Origin: Raillietiella orientalis
Lineage: Eukaryota
Assembly (NCBI GenBank): GCA_036172245.1
Contig: JAYWIR010000035.1
Location: 2,046,001-2,110,000, forward strand
Direction: 5' to 3'
Length of the DNA stretch: 64,000 nt
In this document: positions 22,471-33,800 of the stretch, piece after piece
How the letters are laid out: the number at the start of each line of letters is the position of its first letter
How positions within the stretch are numbered: position 1 is the stretch's first letter
Position numbers and translations under genes: made by a program
Notes under the pieces: generated by a model
Told to the model about the DNA's origin: nothing
The model's input: only the letters and a program-made list of their open reading frames with translations
The model's database searches: none

Positions 22471-25093
22471 GTGTCCTCAATCCCAGTTGAAAGACGTCGA
22501 GGGAGGCATAGCTTTCCAAAGTCAGCTGCCGACCAACCCATGATCAAAGAGCTGTAGATGCCGCACTCAACAGCCCACGACCTTCGTCACTCTTCTCCCC
22601 CCCCCCCCCCCTCACTTCCTCTTTTACACTCTTCCTCCTTTATTGCTGCTTTTCCCGCCTCCCATGACGGCTCCGCCAATGGTGGACTCTTGTCCGGATC
22701 CCTGCGAGGAGCGGCTGCTGCTTGCTGATCCTGCTGGGTGGTCGTCGTTGGCGCCACCTCGCCCAGTAGCGTCTGCTCTGGCTCAGCCTCCCTCCCGCAC
22801 GGCGGATGCCACTAGGACGAAGGCATCGGCGGCGGAAGATGCTGCAGCTCGGCCATGTAGCCTCCTCCTCTTCCGAACACCCTTCCCTCGGAAGCCCTGT
22901 GCTGCAGCAAGAGTCCAAGGATCCTCTGCACCATGAGAGTAGGAAGACCGAGAGGCAGGACAGGTGGAGGACGCTGCCGAAGAGCCGTCTCGAGACAGCC
23001 GAGCAACCCGAAGACAGTCTCGGCACAACCCGAGGGTCCAGAGCCGGTGAACCTCTTTGTGGACGACGTCTCAGCTGCCGATCTGCTTGTCGTTGACGAA
23101 CAAGCGTGCTCTTCAATCGGCGGACGGTCGGTGCCGAGGAGCAGTCGGCCTCCAGCACTCTTCCGTCGGTGTCCACGGAGAAGGTCAGCGTGGGCCCGTT
23201 TCCGACAGTGCCGATGACGCCCTTTGCCAGGCCATCTGAGACATGAGAGCGAGCCTCGGTGGATACCTCGCAACGGCACTTCCCGGGGGTCTGCAGGGTC
23301 ACCTCGGTGATCGTGACCTCCATCTCTGTAGACAGGCAAGCCTTCGAATGACTTTCCGAGCTCACAGAGGTTCGAGACCACGCCTACGAAAAAACTGGAC
23401 GTTCTTGGGATCAGGTGCCGGAAGAAGGGAGGAAGAGGGGAAAGGAAGCGAGGGAGCGGGCTTTGCAGACCTCGGAGCGCCTGAAAGGGAAAGGAGGAGG
23501 TTGCACACACCTTCATTAGGATTCTTTGACAGTCCGTATGAAAAAATGAAAGTCGTGCAAGAGGTATAGGAGGAAAAGATTCCACTTCGTCGCCACTGAC
23601 AGGTCTCCCCAGCGATGAACGGCTCCAAACACTGAACTTCTCCTTTCTGAGTCTGGAGAAAGGCAGAGATGCTTCACAGACGTGTTCACACCAAAAAAAC
23701 AAGCAAATGGATGCCGGTTCATCCCCCTTCCCCCCATCCTCCACAAGGAACTCCGAAGGCATCGAGAGACGTCCAACGATCTCTCTGTTGTTTCAGATTT
23801 GTGATCCGAAGTTGTCGCAGCCAGAGGCAAAAAAAGAACAGATAGGTTCAAGCACTTGAGGGGGCTATCAAACCGGAGGAAGGACAACAACGGTCTCTGC
23901 TAAACTGAACTCCTTAGCCATGACCCTGCTGATATGGCGCGCTGGTCAGACGCGGGTCGTGAAGAAGCACGAAAGAGACGACCTCGAAGTGGACTTCTAT
24001 TGTGGTCGACTAGCGGCTGTACCTGGAATTCCCTTGCAGGTGGAAAAGCAATGGCTGGCATTGTGTCGATGAACAATGGTGGTCCACCACGGTGTGTCAC
24101 CGATGAGACGATCGGATCTTCAGGAACTAGAAGCTAACGGCAGCCATTTTGCCGAGACAGCAAGGGAGCTGAGCTCTCTCTTGCCACCTTGCTTAGGAAG
24201 CATTTTCTGAAAGGAGGTCTCCTGGGACGAGCGACAGCGGTCCTCCGATTCCTATCCCACGTGGGGTCTTCCTGTAGGAAGAGCGTGGAAGAGATCGTGC
24301 ATGACGCTCCCGCTATCGATCTGCAGAGCGTTCGCACCTCGAACCACATGGGAATTTCTTCTCCTCGTATGCTCCTGACGTAACAACGTGTTACGCAGCG
24401 TGCCCATCTTCTGAAGGATCAAGGGCTTGCGTAAGAGGAACGCAGATCAAAAAAAAAAAAGCCTCATCTCTTTGAAGAATCGGGAGAACGGGGAAAGGAT
24501 GGTCCACCGGCCTTCAATACTGTGACATCACTGCGCACGTTCCCTGTTATTTCCATTGTCTGCCTGTTATTTCCATTAAGTGGTCGGAATAAAAGATTTC
24601 ATCTCGTTATTTCAGGGATACATCTTTACGTCCAAGTGGCATCGGAGACAAACGGATGGAGGCAAAAAAGACGAGAGGTCCTATAAATAATCCTTAGGAA
24701 ATGAGGAAACTGCCTTCATCAGAGTACTCGTTCTGGATGTTCTCCTCCAGAGGCTGGTTGTGCCTACAGGATGCATGGACAGAAATTAATAGGGGTCCTG
24801 TCTCGAATCTTTTGGTAATGCCCGGTAATCATAGGAGAATTCTTCCTTCAAAGAAGATGCATTTCGAGTAATTTACAAGCGCCTCCGTTAAGCGGAGCTG
24901 CTGCGAACCTCAGGGAAGCAGCCTGTAGTTCGGAATTGTCACTGCCTGGAGGAGAAAGAAGGAGACCATTTGATAACCAAAGACCCAGGGGGAAGCGCGC
25001 AAAGTGGCGCTTCCAGATGCAACATCATGTGAATCGCTGGTCAGGCTGAGATATCAGCAATAGTACCACGACGAAAAGGCTAGCCCTGCCATT

Positions 25094-25480
25094 ATGCTCA
25101 TCTGTGTGCCTTCCTTGAGCTGTCGAAGGGGGGAGATGATCACTGCAGAAGTTCTGGGAGTCCAGTTTCAGCCATTCTGGTGGGAAGCCCACCTACAGCC
25201 GACATGCAAGGCTGCTCGTTTCACTCCAGCCATTAAGACGTCGCTCCAGCACCCGAACCTCAATCTGGAGACCCCTGATGAATGCGTCCGTCCGTGCCCC
25301 ATGCCTGCTGCTGCTGAGATTCTTAACTGGCTCTCAGGATTTTACATCGACGCCCAGAGAGGAAGACATTCTCTTTTCTGCTTTGAAAACCGGGTTTTAA
25401 AGGCTGCGGCACCATCCATGGAAATCTGTGAGCTCCCTTGGAAAGTGTTACAGCATCACGTAATGGCAATAACCCTCTAA
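25094..25480 (+). pseudogene. Possible decayed ankyrin-repeat gene fragment
   Basis: KAARFTPAIKTSLQHPNLNLETPDEC and FYIDAQRGRHSLF resemble ankyrin AA....+K.LL.HP.+N...D and D.NA.D..G.T.L segments. Surrounding frames are broken. Confidence 0.3.
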
Positions 25481-26397
25481 CCAGCAGTGCCTCTCTAGGG
25501 AGGCCCTCCGCAAATCTAAAATTTATAGAAACTTGGGAGAACTACTGCAGAATCTGCTGTCCTTCCCAAGATCTCCCTCTTCTTTTTCTTTGTTCTTGCA
25601 GATGCTCCGCTTTCAGGAGGGCTCCTGACGTGGATTCAAGAACACTCAGAACCATCCCTGGCCTTCGAGACTTTCTTGCGTCTTCCATCCTCCGCTCGAA
25701 CAGCTTGGGAGCGTTTCCCTTGCGGTGGACGATGCGAAGGATTTTGAACCCGCAGCACAATTACCGAGCGCGCTCACGGACCAGAAATCAGAAGAGCACC
25801 TACCGTCCCGCGCTGGACTAACGAGTAGCGTCACTCTGTCGTCCTATCAAACGTGAGCAGAGGGGATGCAAGTCTTCCAAGGGATAATGCTCTGCGGAAG
25901 TCGTAAATTTCATCCATCCGGAAAGATAATGTGTGGAATATAGTATTTTGTTCTGGCAATCGTGATTTGAGTTATGGGCCAACAAAAGATTAACCATCGC
26001 CATTCATTTAGAAGGATGGGATCCACTAGCAGATTTTCCGCTTTCCTCATTTTCCTGTACGTTCCTTAAGACGTGTGTGTGCTCCAGTGGAGGATTTCGC
26101 TCGTGTTCTTTGGAGCATCCTCAGCCTCGGACAGGATGGCCGGCGTACGTCTTCCAGGAGGGACTCCCGCAACTCGCGCCCTCGGGCTTGGAGTCCGACG
26201 CTATGCGGCTCGGAGCGGGATCGGATATGCTCGGGGCTGCAGCGCACTCCGTGGTGGATGGGCATCCCATCCTGGTCCCGGTCTCTTCCTCTCCTCTTCT
26301 CGCGGAAAATTGCAGATTGGATCGGAGTCCTCCGATCCTTCGAGCGCTCTTCGGGGTTTCCACCTACCTTCCCGCGAAAGAGAAGAACAGGATTTTC

Positions 26398-26604
26398 CCG
26401 ATCCCGGCCACTCATCGAGGGCATCCGATTTTATCCGCTACCAGTACCGCCCTGATTATGGATCAACTAGCCTGCGGGGAGGAGAGGCTCGAAACCCGCG
26501 ACGCACCTGTTTCTCTGGCGTCGATCCTGCCCCGGATGGGATTCGAACTTGGGACGTTTGGTGCCACGAGCAGAGACCGTAACCACATGGCCTCCCACGC
26601 GGAC
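26398..26604 (-). mobile_element. tRNA(His)-like-headed SINE, copy 2
   Basis: Minus strand reads gtccgcgtgggaggccatgtggttacggtctctgctcGTGgcaccaaacgtcccaagttcgaatccc: an A-box-like motif, GTG at the anticodon position and a B-box (26538-26548). The body is shared with 15445-15625. Confidence 0.75.
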
Positions 26605-26624
26605 AATACATATATGTATATAAT

Positions 26625-27110
26625 ATGATTTTAAAAAGGCTTGGAAGCAGATTGGGTCAAAGGAAGGGATCACAGATACCTCTTCGGAGCCCGTCCAGGA
26701 TGCCGGCAAGTTCCTCCTTGTAGGTGGCTCAGGTGTGGCCATCTCAGCACGATCCTGAGGAAAGAGAAGACGACGGAGGCTGAGTCCATCTCTGGTCCTT
26801 CGGCCCCTGTCGTCATCACCAGGGCTCCTAACCACCACGAATCCATGGAACAGGGCTGGGATCGCCTCCGGGGACGACATCGAGCCACGAGTGGACAGGT
26901 GTTTGAACATGTCCTTCGGGTGGTCTCTTGGAGAGTTCAGGGACGCTCCCACACACAGAGGAGGAAAGCACATTCAAACGACAGATACGGGAAGTTTTTC
27001 CTTTCCGCCGCACCTGGAACACTCTGGAGTCACGCATTTCCGCTGATCCGGTGGCAGAAGAGTGCAGTATTAGAATATCGTCGGCATAGGCCGACACTAC
27101 GGTATGGCGG
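26625..27110 (-). mobile_element. Internally deleted LINE ORF2 relic (YADD joined directly to zf-RVT and 3' end)
   Basis: VVSAYADDILIL (~27100-27065) is immediately followed by PECSRCGGKE / FPYLSFEC and then LRIVLRWPHL..EELAGIL. Confidence 0.75.
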
Positions 27111-27669
27111 TAACTCTACAGCACGTGCTGCTGGAAGGATGCTCCAGGGATGGAAGCGCATTACAAGAGCGCCTCGGTTTCCTGAGGCTGCCCCGCAGGG
27201 GCTGTTTGAAGCAGCGGTCACTTCTCCGGAAATGTCAGTGGCTTCCTCGCTGGAGATTCTCGGCGCGTGAGAGACCGCCGAAATGGAGGAAGGGTGCAGC
27301 TCCCATCCTGGGGAGTACCCACTGCCTACATGCAAAGGCAATTCCGGCCCGTCTGGGATGTAAGGAGCCTTCGGACGATATGGGCAGACGAACCGTGCAC
27401 TGGTTACAGCATCCCTCACTCCCATCTCTTCCCTGAACAGTGCAGACCTTCGGAAATCATGCTCATTATGGTAAGACCGATCCGTCCCATTCCCTATTTA
27501 TTTATTTATTGCCCCCTGTCTCTAAATCCTCCTTGCCCTTTCCTGTAGCCGATCTGCGAGTCGGGGGTTCATTCCCCTTCATAAATTCGGAAAAGCCCAA
27601 TCTTACGGTCTAGGGAAGTCTCGTAGGATTAATGTACTATGTTTGTTTATTTTTCTTTCTGGAAAGGAA

Positions 27670-29030
27670 ACGTCCCAGTGTAATCGGGTGCCAAGAGTAA
27701 CAACCGTAACAGTGTTGATTCCGGCACCTTTGTCCGGCACAGGACGGAAGAGTGTCGCCGGAGGGAACGCAACCGTCCAGTGAGAAGGTGGGGATCACTG
27801 GTCCATCCAGGAAGATGTCGAAATAGTCTGTTCTCCAGTGCGATCCTTGCACGTGTACACTTGGTGTCGCTTCGTCTTCCGAGAGTTCTCGGACTGAGCA
27901 GCCGCTTATAGGTTTGCTGATCCCTTCTATCCAGCAAGAAAGCTCCCACCTAGCCGGCTGGCTGCGGTCATCACTCTCCCACAGAAAGGACAGCTCTTTG
28001 GCTAGGGTGGTCGCGGTGGAGCTTGCCCACTTCTCGGAATCCCGCCGTGGCTCCTGCAAAGGCACTACCCCGAGGCGCAGAGACTCATGCTAACGTATCC
28101 ACAGCCTCCGGCCGCCACGCGTTGACAATTCAGGAGGTCCATCTGGACTTCCTTAGAAGGGAGGCCAAGTCTTTCAAGGAATATGCCAAGTGCTTTAGCC
28201 TGCACCTTCGAGAGAGGAGAGATGCCATTTTCGCACAGCCAACAGCGCTCCAAAGAATGTTGGTTGTGTGAGAGGAGACATCCGTGTTGGTTCTTTCGCT
28301 GACAGACCATTCAACGATAGATAAAGTGAAGCTGAGCTTCCAGTTTCTCCAGAGAGAGCGTCCTAACCTCCAGCATCGTGAAGCGGAGCGAATAATTCGT
28401 TTAGACACGCTTGGAACCTAGCTTCAGAGTACTTTTCGGAGAAGTCCTTCTGCTCTCTTCTTTGCCTCGTGGAAGGGAAGGCAAACAGAAAGCAGGAATG
28501 TGGGAGGACGACGACAAGAGTGTTCAAAATTGCGAAGCGTTCCAGCAAGAGAAACTTGCCGGCTGGGAACGGTCCCAACTCCTTTCCAGCCTTCTGGAGA
28601 CAGCCAGACCACGCTTATGCGACCAAGATCCCGCCTACGGGTGCATCAAATACCGGAAGGTGGGATCTCAGAAAAAAACAGTCTGGTTACTCTCGCCCAC
28701 GAAGCTGCCACGGGGAAGGCCATCGATTTCAGTCTGCTAATGCTCATACCCGCTCCCTGGTGTACCAGCAGCTCGAGGATTTCCTCAAGCGGTCCGCCGG
28801 GGAAGACACGGGTAACGCTTCGAAATTAGGTCGTCCGCGCAAGCCGGCACGGCAGATGCACAGAGGCAGGAGAAGGGTAGGGTTTCCAGGGTTCTCCAAA
28901 ACCTGTTCAGTAGTAACTCGGAGTAAGTACTGAAGAGTAACGGGCTGAGTCTGTCTTCCTGTAGGATCTCCCTCCGCACAGGTACGCCGTACACGTGGCG
29001 TACTTGCTGCAGCACAGTCGTGTATACGAG
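27670..29030 (-). mobile_element. L1/Tx1-clade LINE ORF2 relic: RT core to pre-zinc-finger region
   Basis: VRREILQEDRLSPLLF (RQGDPLSPLLF motif), ACADDL (YADD), ERFAILNTLV and DAGG. LAKELSFL..ARWELSCWIEG aligns with LATVLPFL..PRWQVSCRIAG at ~9030-9110. Confidence 0.85.
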
Positions 29031-29049
29031 ACAATAATAATAATAATAG

Positions 29050-29925
29050 CAGTGACGCTCCGGCAAGTTGGCAACTGCTCTGGGAGATCCCAGGATGCAA
29101 AAAAACCTGGATTGTTGGACTTCGCTTTCAGCTGGCTCGCGCTTCAACCGCCGCTGCCCACCCCAAAGGACTTATCCGCTGGGCGGATTACCTGGGAATC
29201 CCATTCGATGAAGTGCGGATCTCCGCGGTTTTCTTGGACAGCCCCGTGCTCCCCCTGAAAGTAATAGGACTCGGCGTTGTGACTGCTTCACGGGTCCACG
29301 CCATGCAACGAACACCGCTAGCGCTGGACCAGGGAAACCTTCCCGCACCTGCTGTTCGAGCACGTTACCCTCCAGTGTGTGTAGGAACGTTTTTCAGTGG
29401 TCCTCTTGTTCCCAAGGGATGGCTCCAAAGAAGTTCTGAGACCCCTCTTCACGCATTGCGCAACGTCGCCTGAGGCGGCGATCGCAGCTCTGTGTTGCTT
29501 CCGCGGAGCCGTGCCAGCAAGAAGCCACAGCAAAAGAGGCCAAACGACCGTAGGCACCATGCCCCTCGTGATCTTCTTCAAGACGATCGTAAGATGCCAC
29601 ATCGCTAGTACCACAAGGAGGAACTTGCCGGCATCCTGGATAGGGTGCAGAGGACACCAGGGAAGGGTTTCTGTGACCCCATGCCTTGACTCTCAATCTT
29701 TTTAAAAACCTTTTTCCCTTTGTTTGACATGTATATATGTTTTTGTTTTTGTTCACTTCCACCCCCTTCTTTCACCCTGCGCGCTCCTCTCTCGGGAAGC
29801 TGCTCGCAAGCAGCAGAGCCTCTAAGAGAATTACCAGCCTGGTGGGATCGCAACCCCACTGCGAAGGAAGGACCTTGCAGAATGAATGAATGATATATTG
29901 CATTTTTTTTTTCTCACAATAAAAA
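29050..29925 (+). mobile_element. 5'-truncated LINE copy (ORF2 C-terminus plus 3' UTR)
   Basis: GLIRWADYLGIP, PVLPLK, ETFPHLLFE, IAALCCFRG and EELAGIL align with 9100-9720. Followed by a T-rich tract, hairpins and AATAAA (29918-29923). Starts right after an (AAT)n run. Confidence 0.8.
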
Positions 29926-30099
29926 TCCCGACGTGACCGGATGAAAATTCACGTGCTGGCCTCTAAGATAGATGCCTGTAATCTCATCGAGCTACGCGGA
30001 GCGCAGGTAGGCCGGGAAGCCAAGAGGGTACAGGACTTTCAAGAGTGGTTCCTGGCCGACTCAGCCTGACTCAGCCTTTGCAAGAACGACAGCCATTCC

Positions 30100-30850
30100 C
30101 AAGACTACCGGCTCTTCCTGTCGTTTGTTCGACCCCCCTTTGCTCAAGCCGCCGGGACATTCAAAACCTCGCGACTGTCGAGCAAATGATGCTGCAGCCG
30201 GAGCAGGTCCGGTTCAAAATCCCGGATGATCATAAAAAATAAACATATATGCGTATTCTACATAGATTAATATAAGAATTTATTTCAATGTGCATAGTTA
30301 TTCATATTTATTAATGCACATCTTGTTAACAATCATATTAGTGGAACAGATGTATTTATTAAGATTCAGCGACATACATTTTATTAATGTAATTAATAAG
30401 ATTATATTATTGATATATACATTGAATATTATGAAAAATAAATGCATGTACATATTTATCAATAATATACACATGTTTGTGTGTATGTGTATGAATATAT
30501 ATATGCGTATTAAAAAAATTTGCATATTGATCTATATAGAATAAGCATATGTATTTATGTTTTTTATCATCTTTCGGGAATTTGATCATCACTGAGGGCA
30601 GGATGCTTCGCCCGGGAATAGAGCAAGTCTGCTCTGGGTTAATCACGGAGTCTGCCATCTGCCCCAGTCTCTCAGGCGAAGCTGGGGAAGGGCTAGTCCG
30701 CGACCGGGGTTCAAGAGTGGGAGATGTTCTTTGCCGAGCTTGTTGACCTCCGCATTTCGAGCCGTAGCCTTCTGCTTGACACAGGAGGTTTTCGCCGTCG
30801 GACCGAGGATGCCTGCTTGAGTGTCGGGATCGCACGGACTTCGTGTGCTT
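30100..30850 (-). mobile_element. LINE RT N-terminal relic interrupted by a MITE
   Basis: HLPLLNP, then RLGQMADSVINPEQTCSIPGRSI (the RT RL....I.P.Q...PGRSI segment) up to the MITE edge. Resumes as LLRLQHHLLDSREVLNVPAA beyond it. Confidence 0.6.
30210..30587. mobile_element. AT-rich foldback MITE, copy 2 (shorter)
   Basis: Ends cggttcaaaatcccggatgatcataaaaa / tttttatcatctttcgggaatttgatc. Internal sequence is similar to 21235-22086. Confidence 0.8.
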
Positions 30851-33800
30851 CAGGTTAGTGGTCTCCTGAGGCTCGACCACGTGGATCTCGGATCGTTCAT
30901 TTGGGGGCGTCCTATCCGGTGCAACTGCTAGATTCCTGGCTTTGTGGGATGTCAACCGACTCCGTCATTTCACTGATTCCAGGACCTTAAAATGAATCTT
31001 GTTTCACTCTGCACTCACAAGATTGTAATATAAATGGTCTCAAGTTATGCTACACGCATGCTGCCCACGTCACATTCAAGTTTCCGGACAAGGAGGTGGG
31101 CGAAACATGAAGATGTTAAGGATGTAAAAACCCTTGGTTCTATGCTGTTCTTCTGTCCTCCCAATAACCAGAGCTAGTTCGTGTGGGCTCTTCTGGAATT
31201 TCCAGCTCTTGCAAAACATCGGTGTTCTTGGTATTCCGGAGTTCCGATGGGTCAACGACAAAAGCGCCTACTGACTCATGGATGTCTGAGGGAGGGAGGT
31301 AAAGATCATAGTTCTAATTTTCTTTTTGTACTTTGTGCGTCCTCTTGTACGCTACCAGTGTGCGTTTGAGTGCGCAAAAGCAAGTGTCGAATATGATGAC
31401 GCGGTTCCTCTTCTCGGGACGACCTCAGGTCCCAACGACGGCTTTAATCCGGTATCTCTTGGCTGCTGTTCAGTGATGTGGTTGATCGAGATTTCGCATC
31501 AGTTCAGCTCTTTAAGACGAGCTCAGGTCGCAGCGACGACTCCAAGTAGGGTAGTGAGAGCCAATACCACCACTCGCGAAGGCCTGAATCTGGATCTACG
31601 CTTTATCTTATATGCAGTCCTATCGAAAGAGGGCTTGATGAACAAAGAACATCCTGTAAATGGAGTGCTGGAAGATGTGCAGGAATCATAATATAATAGG
31701 GCGGACAGTCTACCAGGGTGTAGTGCTCCCAACTTGCGATTCCTGCTTCATTTCTGCTGTCCTGGTGGACATGACTCTAGTCCTTCGAGTCTGAAGCCTC
31801 AAGATTTCGTAAAAGTTGCGGCTCACTACCTTGGAATCGTTCTCCACATGCTGTTTCAATTCGTCATTTGTTCCTCTGCGCGCTACTTGCCGTAGCATTC
31901 GCTCTACCTGACAGGAAATCGATCAAATGCCCAAGTGAGTGACTATTGAGGGAAAAAAGCTCTTGCAGACACTTCCAGTAAGCTAGGTTCTGTTGACCCC
32001 AAACGGAGGTGCGTGACGTCATGTAAGTACACCCGAGGCAGAAGCGGAAGCGATTTCTGCTTGTGAACATCAAGTTCTGCCACTGAGAGGCTTCGACGAT
32101 CCTCTTCGACTGGAACAGGAGCCAACGATACAAAAAATCGGAGTGTGTTAAGATCCATCTCGAGTTGTACAGTAGGAAGTGCTTCTCATGCACGAGCAAA
32201 AGCATATGCAGATGTACGCGAGTTTTCTTGTAAGAATAAATCGATTGTGTCAGACTGTTTCAGGTGCGGACTTGTGGACTCTGCAAGTGCTGTACTGGAC
32301 AAATCTTGCTGCTGTCTTCGGACGGTTCTCGGTCTACAGCTGGCTTCCTAGGCTCCTTTTTTGTTCGAAGTGACCTCACGACCTGCTGGGTTTACAGCTC
32401 GTTTGCTCTCCGATCTCTTACTCAAGAATGGTATAAAATGCGTCTTCCTAGGTTAACATGGGATCGTCTGAAGCACAAGGCTGGGTTGCTAATAGGTCTT
32501 ACAAGAATCGCCCTAGGCTGTTTTTTCTAGACAACGTCTCAGATAAGCAACATCATGCATGATGAAGATAACATGGGCAGCATGCATGCAGCATAACTTA
32601 AGGACGGTTTGCAACGGTCGTAGGTGCACTCCTGAGTACAAAATGAAAACTAGAAAATCAAGATGGGTGAACTGGAGCATACCCCAAGCTCCTGCTTTAA
32701 ATTCCCAAAGATTCGAACGACACTGATTGTAACATGCCTAAGAGAGTTCACAGGTTCGTCTCTCCTCCTCAATGTTTTTTTTTTTTTTTCACTTCCTAGA
32801 AAGACGATAACCGGATTGAGGAGGAGTTGCTTGTTGGTTGGCACTACACCTAGAATGACGTTTGCACAGCTCGTTGAGTGAGATACATGACTAGAGGGAT
32901 GCTTCGGTAAAGTTCGCAGCGTTCTTTCGGAAGCAAGTTTTGGGGACTTCCAAAGTACATGCGCTCTCGCGCGGAAAAGGGAAACTTTTGTCGCTTCCCT
33001 GTTGAAGCTCACGAAACATTTACTGATTCATCAAATGCATTGGAACATTCCTCAAAGCTTCGAATGATGACATAAGCAGATCTGCCTCAAGGAGCCACGA
33101 CCTTAGCTGAAGATGCTCTTGATGAGAGCGAATTCCCAGCAAAAGTTCACAGTGATCAAAATGGATTTCAAAGAGTCGAAGCAAGTGAGCAGTAGTTACT
33201 GCTGATTCCGAAACAAGGCAACGGATTTTCTCAGAACCCAGTTGGGTAAAGATGACAAAGATGATAGAAAGCAGGCCGTTGCATAAACGAAAAGAAAAAA
33301 AAAACAAAGACAAAGGGTTAGCTAAATCAAAATTTCTGAAATTGGCCGCAAGTCTGTCCATGCGACAAAAGGAATAACTCAAAGCAAAAACCACTCAGGT
33401 GAAAGAAGGCAAACTGGTTATCTAACTGGAGAGGATCCCTGAGATAACAACCTAAGTAAAAGAGATCATGAGTACGACCGGTGTTAATATGTATTGGCCA
33501 GAGAACTCAGTGTGAGAGAAATTATGGACAGGAACTTCAAAAATAATAATAAGCAGAAAATAGTAGATTCAGGAAACTTTGCATCATCGTCATTGGTCGC
33601 TGTCTCGGTCTTAGTCGGTGTTTGTCGTTACCCTCTCGATGAAGGTTTCCTCCTTTACGTTTTTTTTTTCCTTCCTTTCTTACAAACCTGATTAACGATT
33701 TTTAGAAAAGAGAAATTGCTGAAAGAGAAGTTGATAGACAGACCTGAAGAGTAGACAACAACATAAATGACAAGTTCCCAGACATTTTTCAGCACATTCG

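Noticed and set aside
22812..23762. 316-aa ORF as a gene
   Set aside because: No recognisable domain; long frames are expected in this GC-rich repeat-derived DNA.
26530..26604. Functional tRNA-His gene
   Set aside because: Stems pair poorly, there is no adjacent poly-T terminator, and it continues into a body shared with another copy, which fits a SINE head.
27637..28065. ORF1 zinc knuckle (CRNQHCYGC)
   Set aside because: The same stretch aligns better to the ORF2 pre-zinc-finger region at ~9000-9300; the Cys pattern arises in a shifted frame.
27670..29925. Twin-priming 5'-inverted LINE insertion (minus RT segment abutting a plus 3' segment at ~29040)
   Set aside because: The two parts overlap by roughly 280 nt in element coordinates and are strongly diverged there, so they look like independent copies. 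No TSD found.
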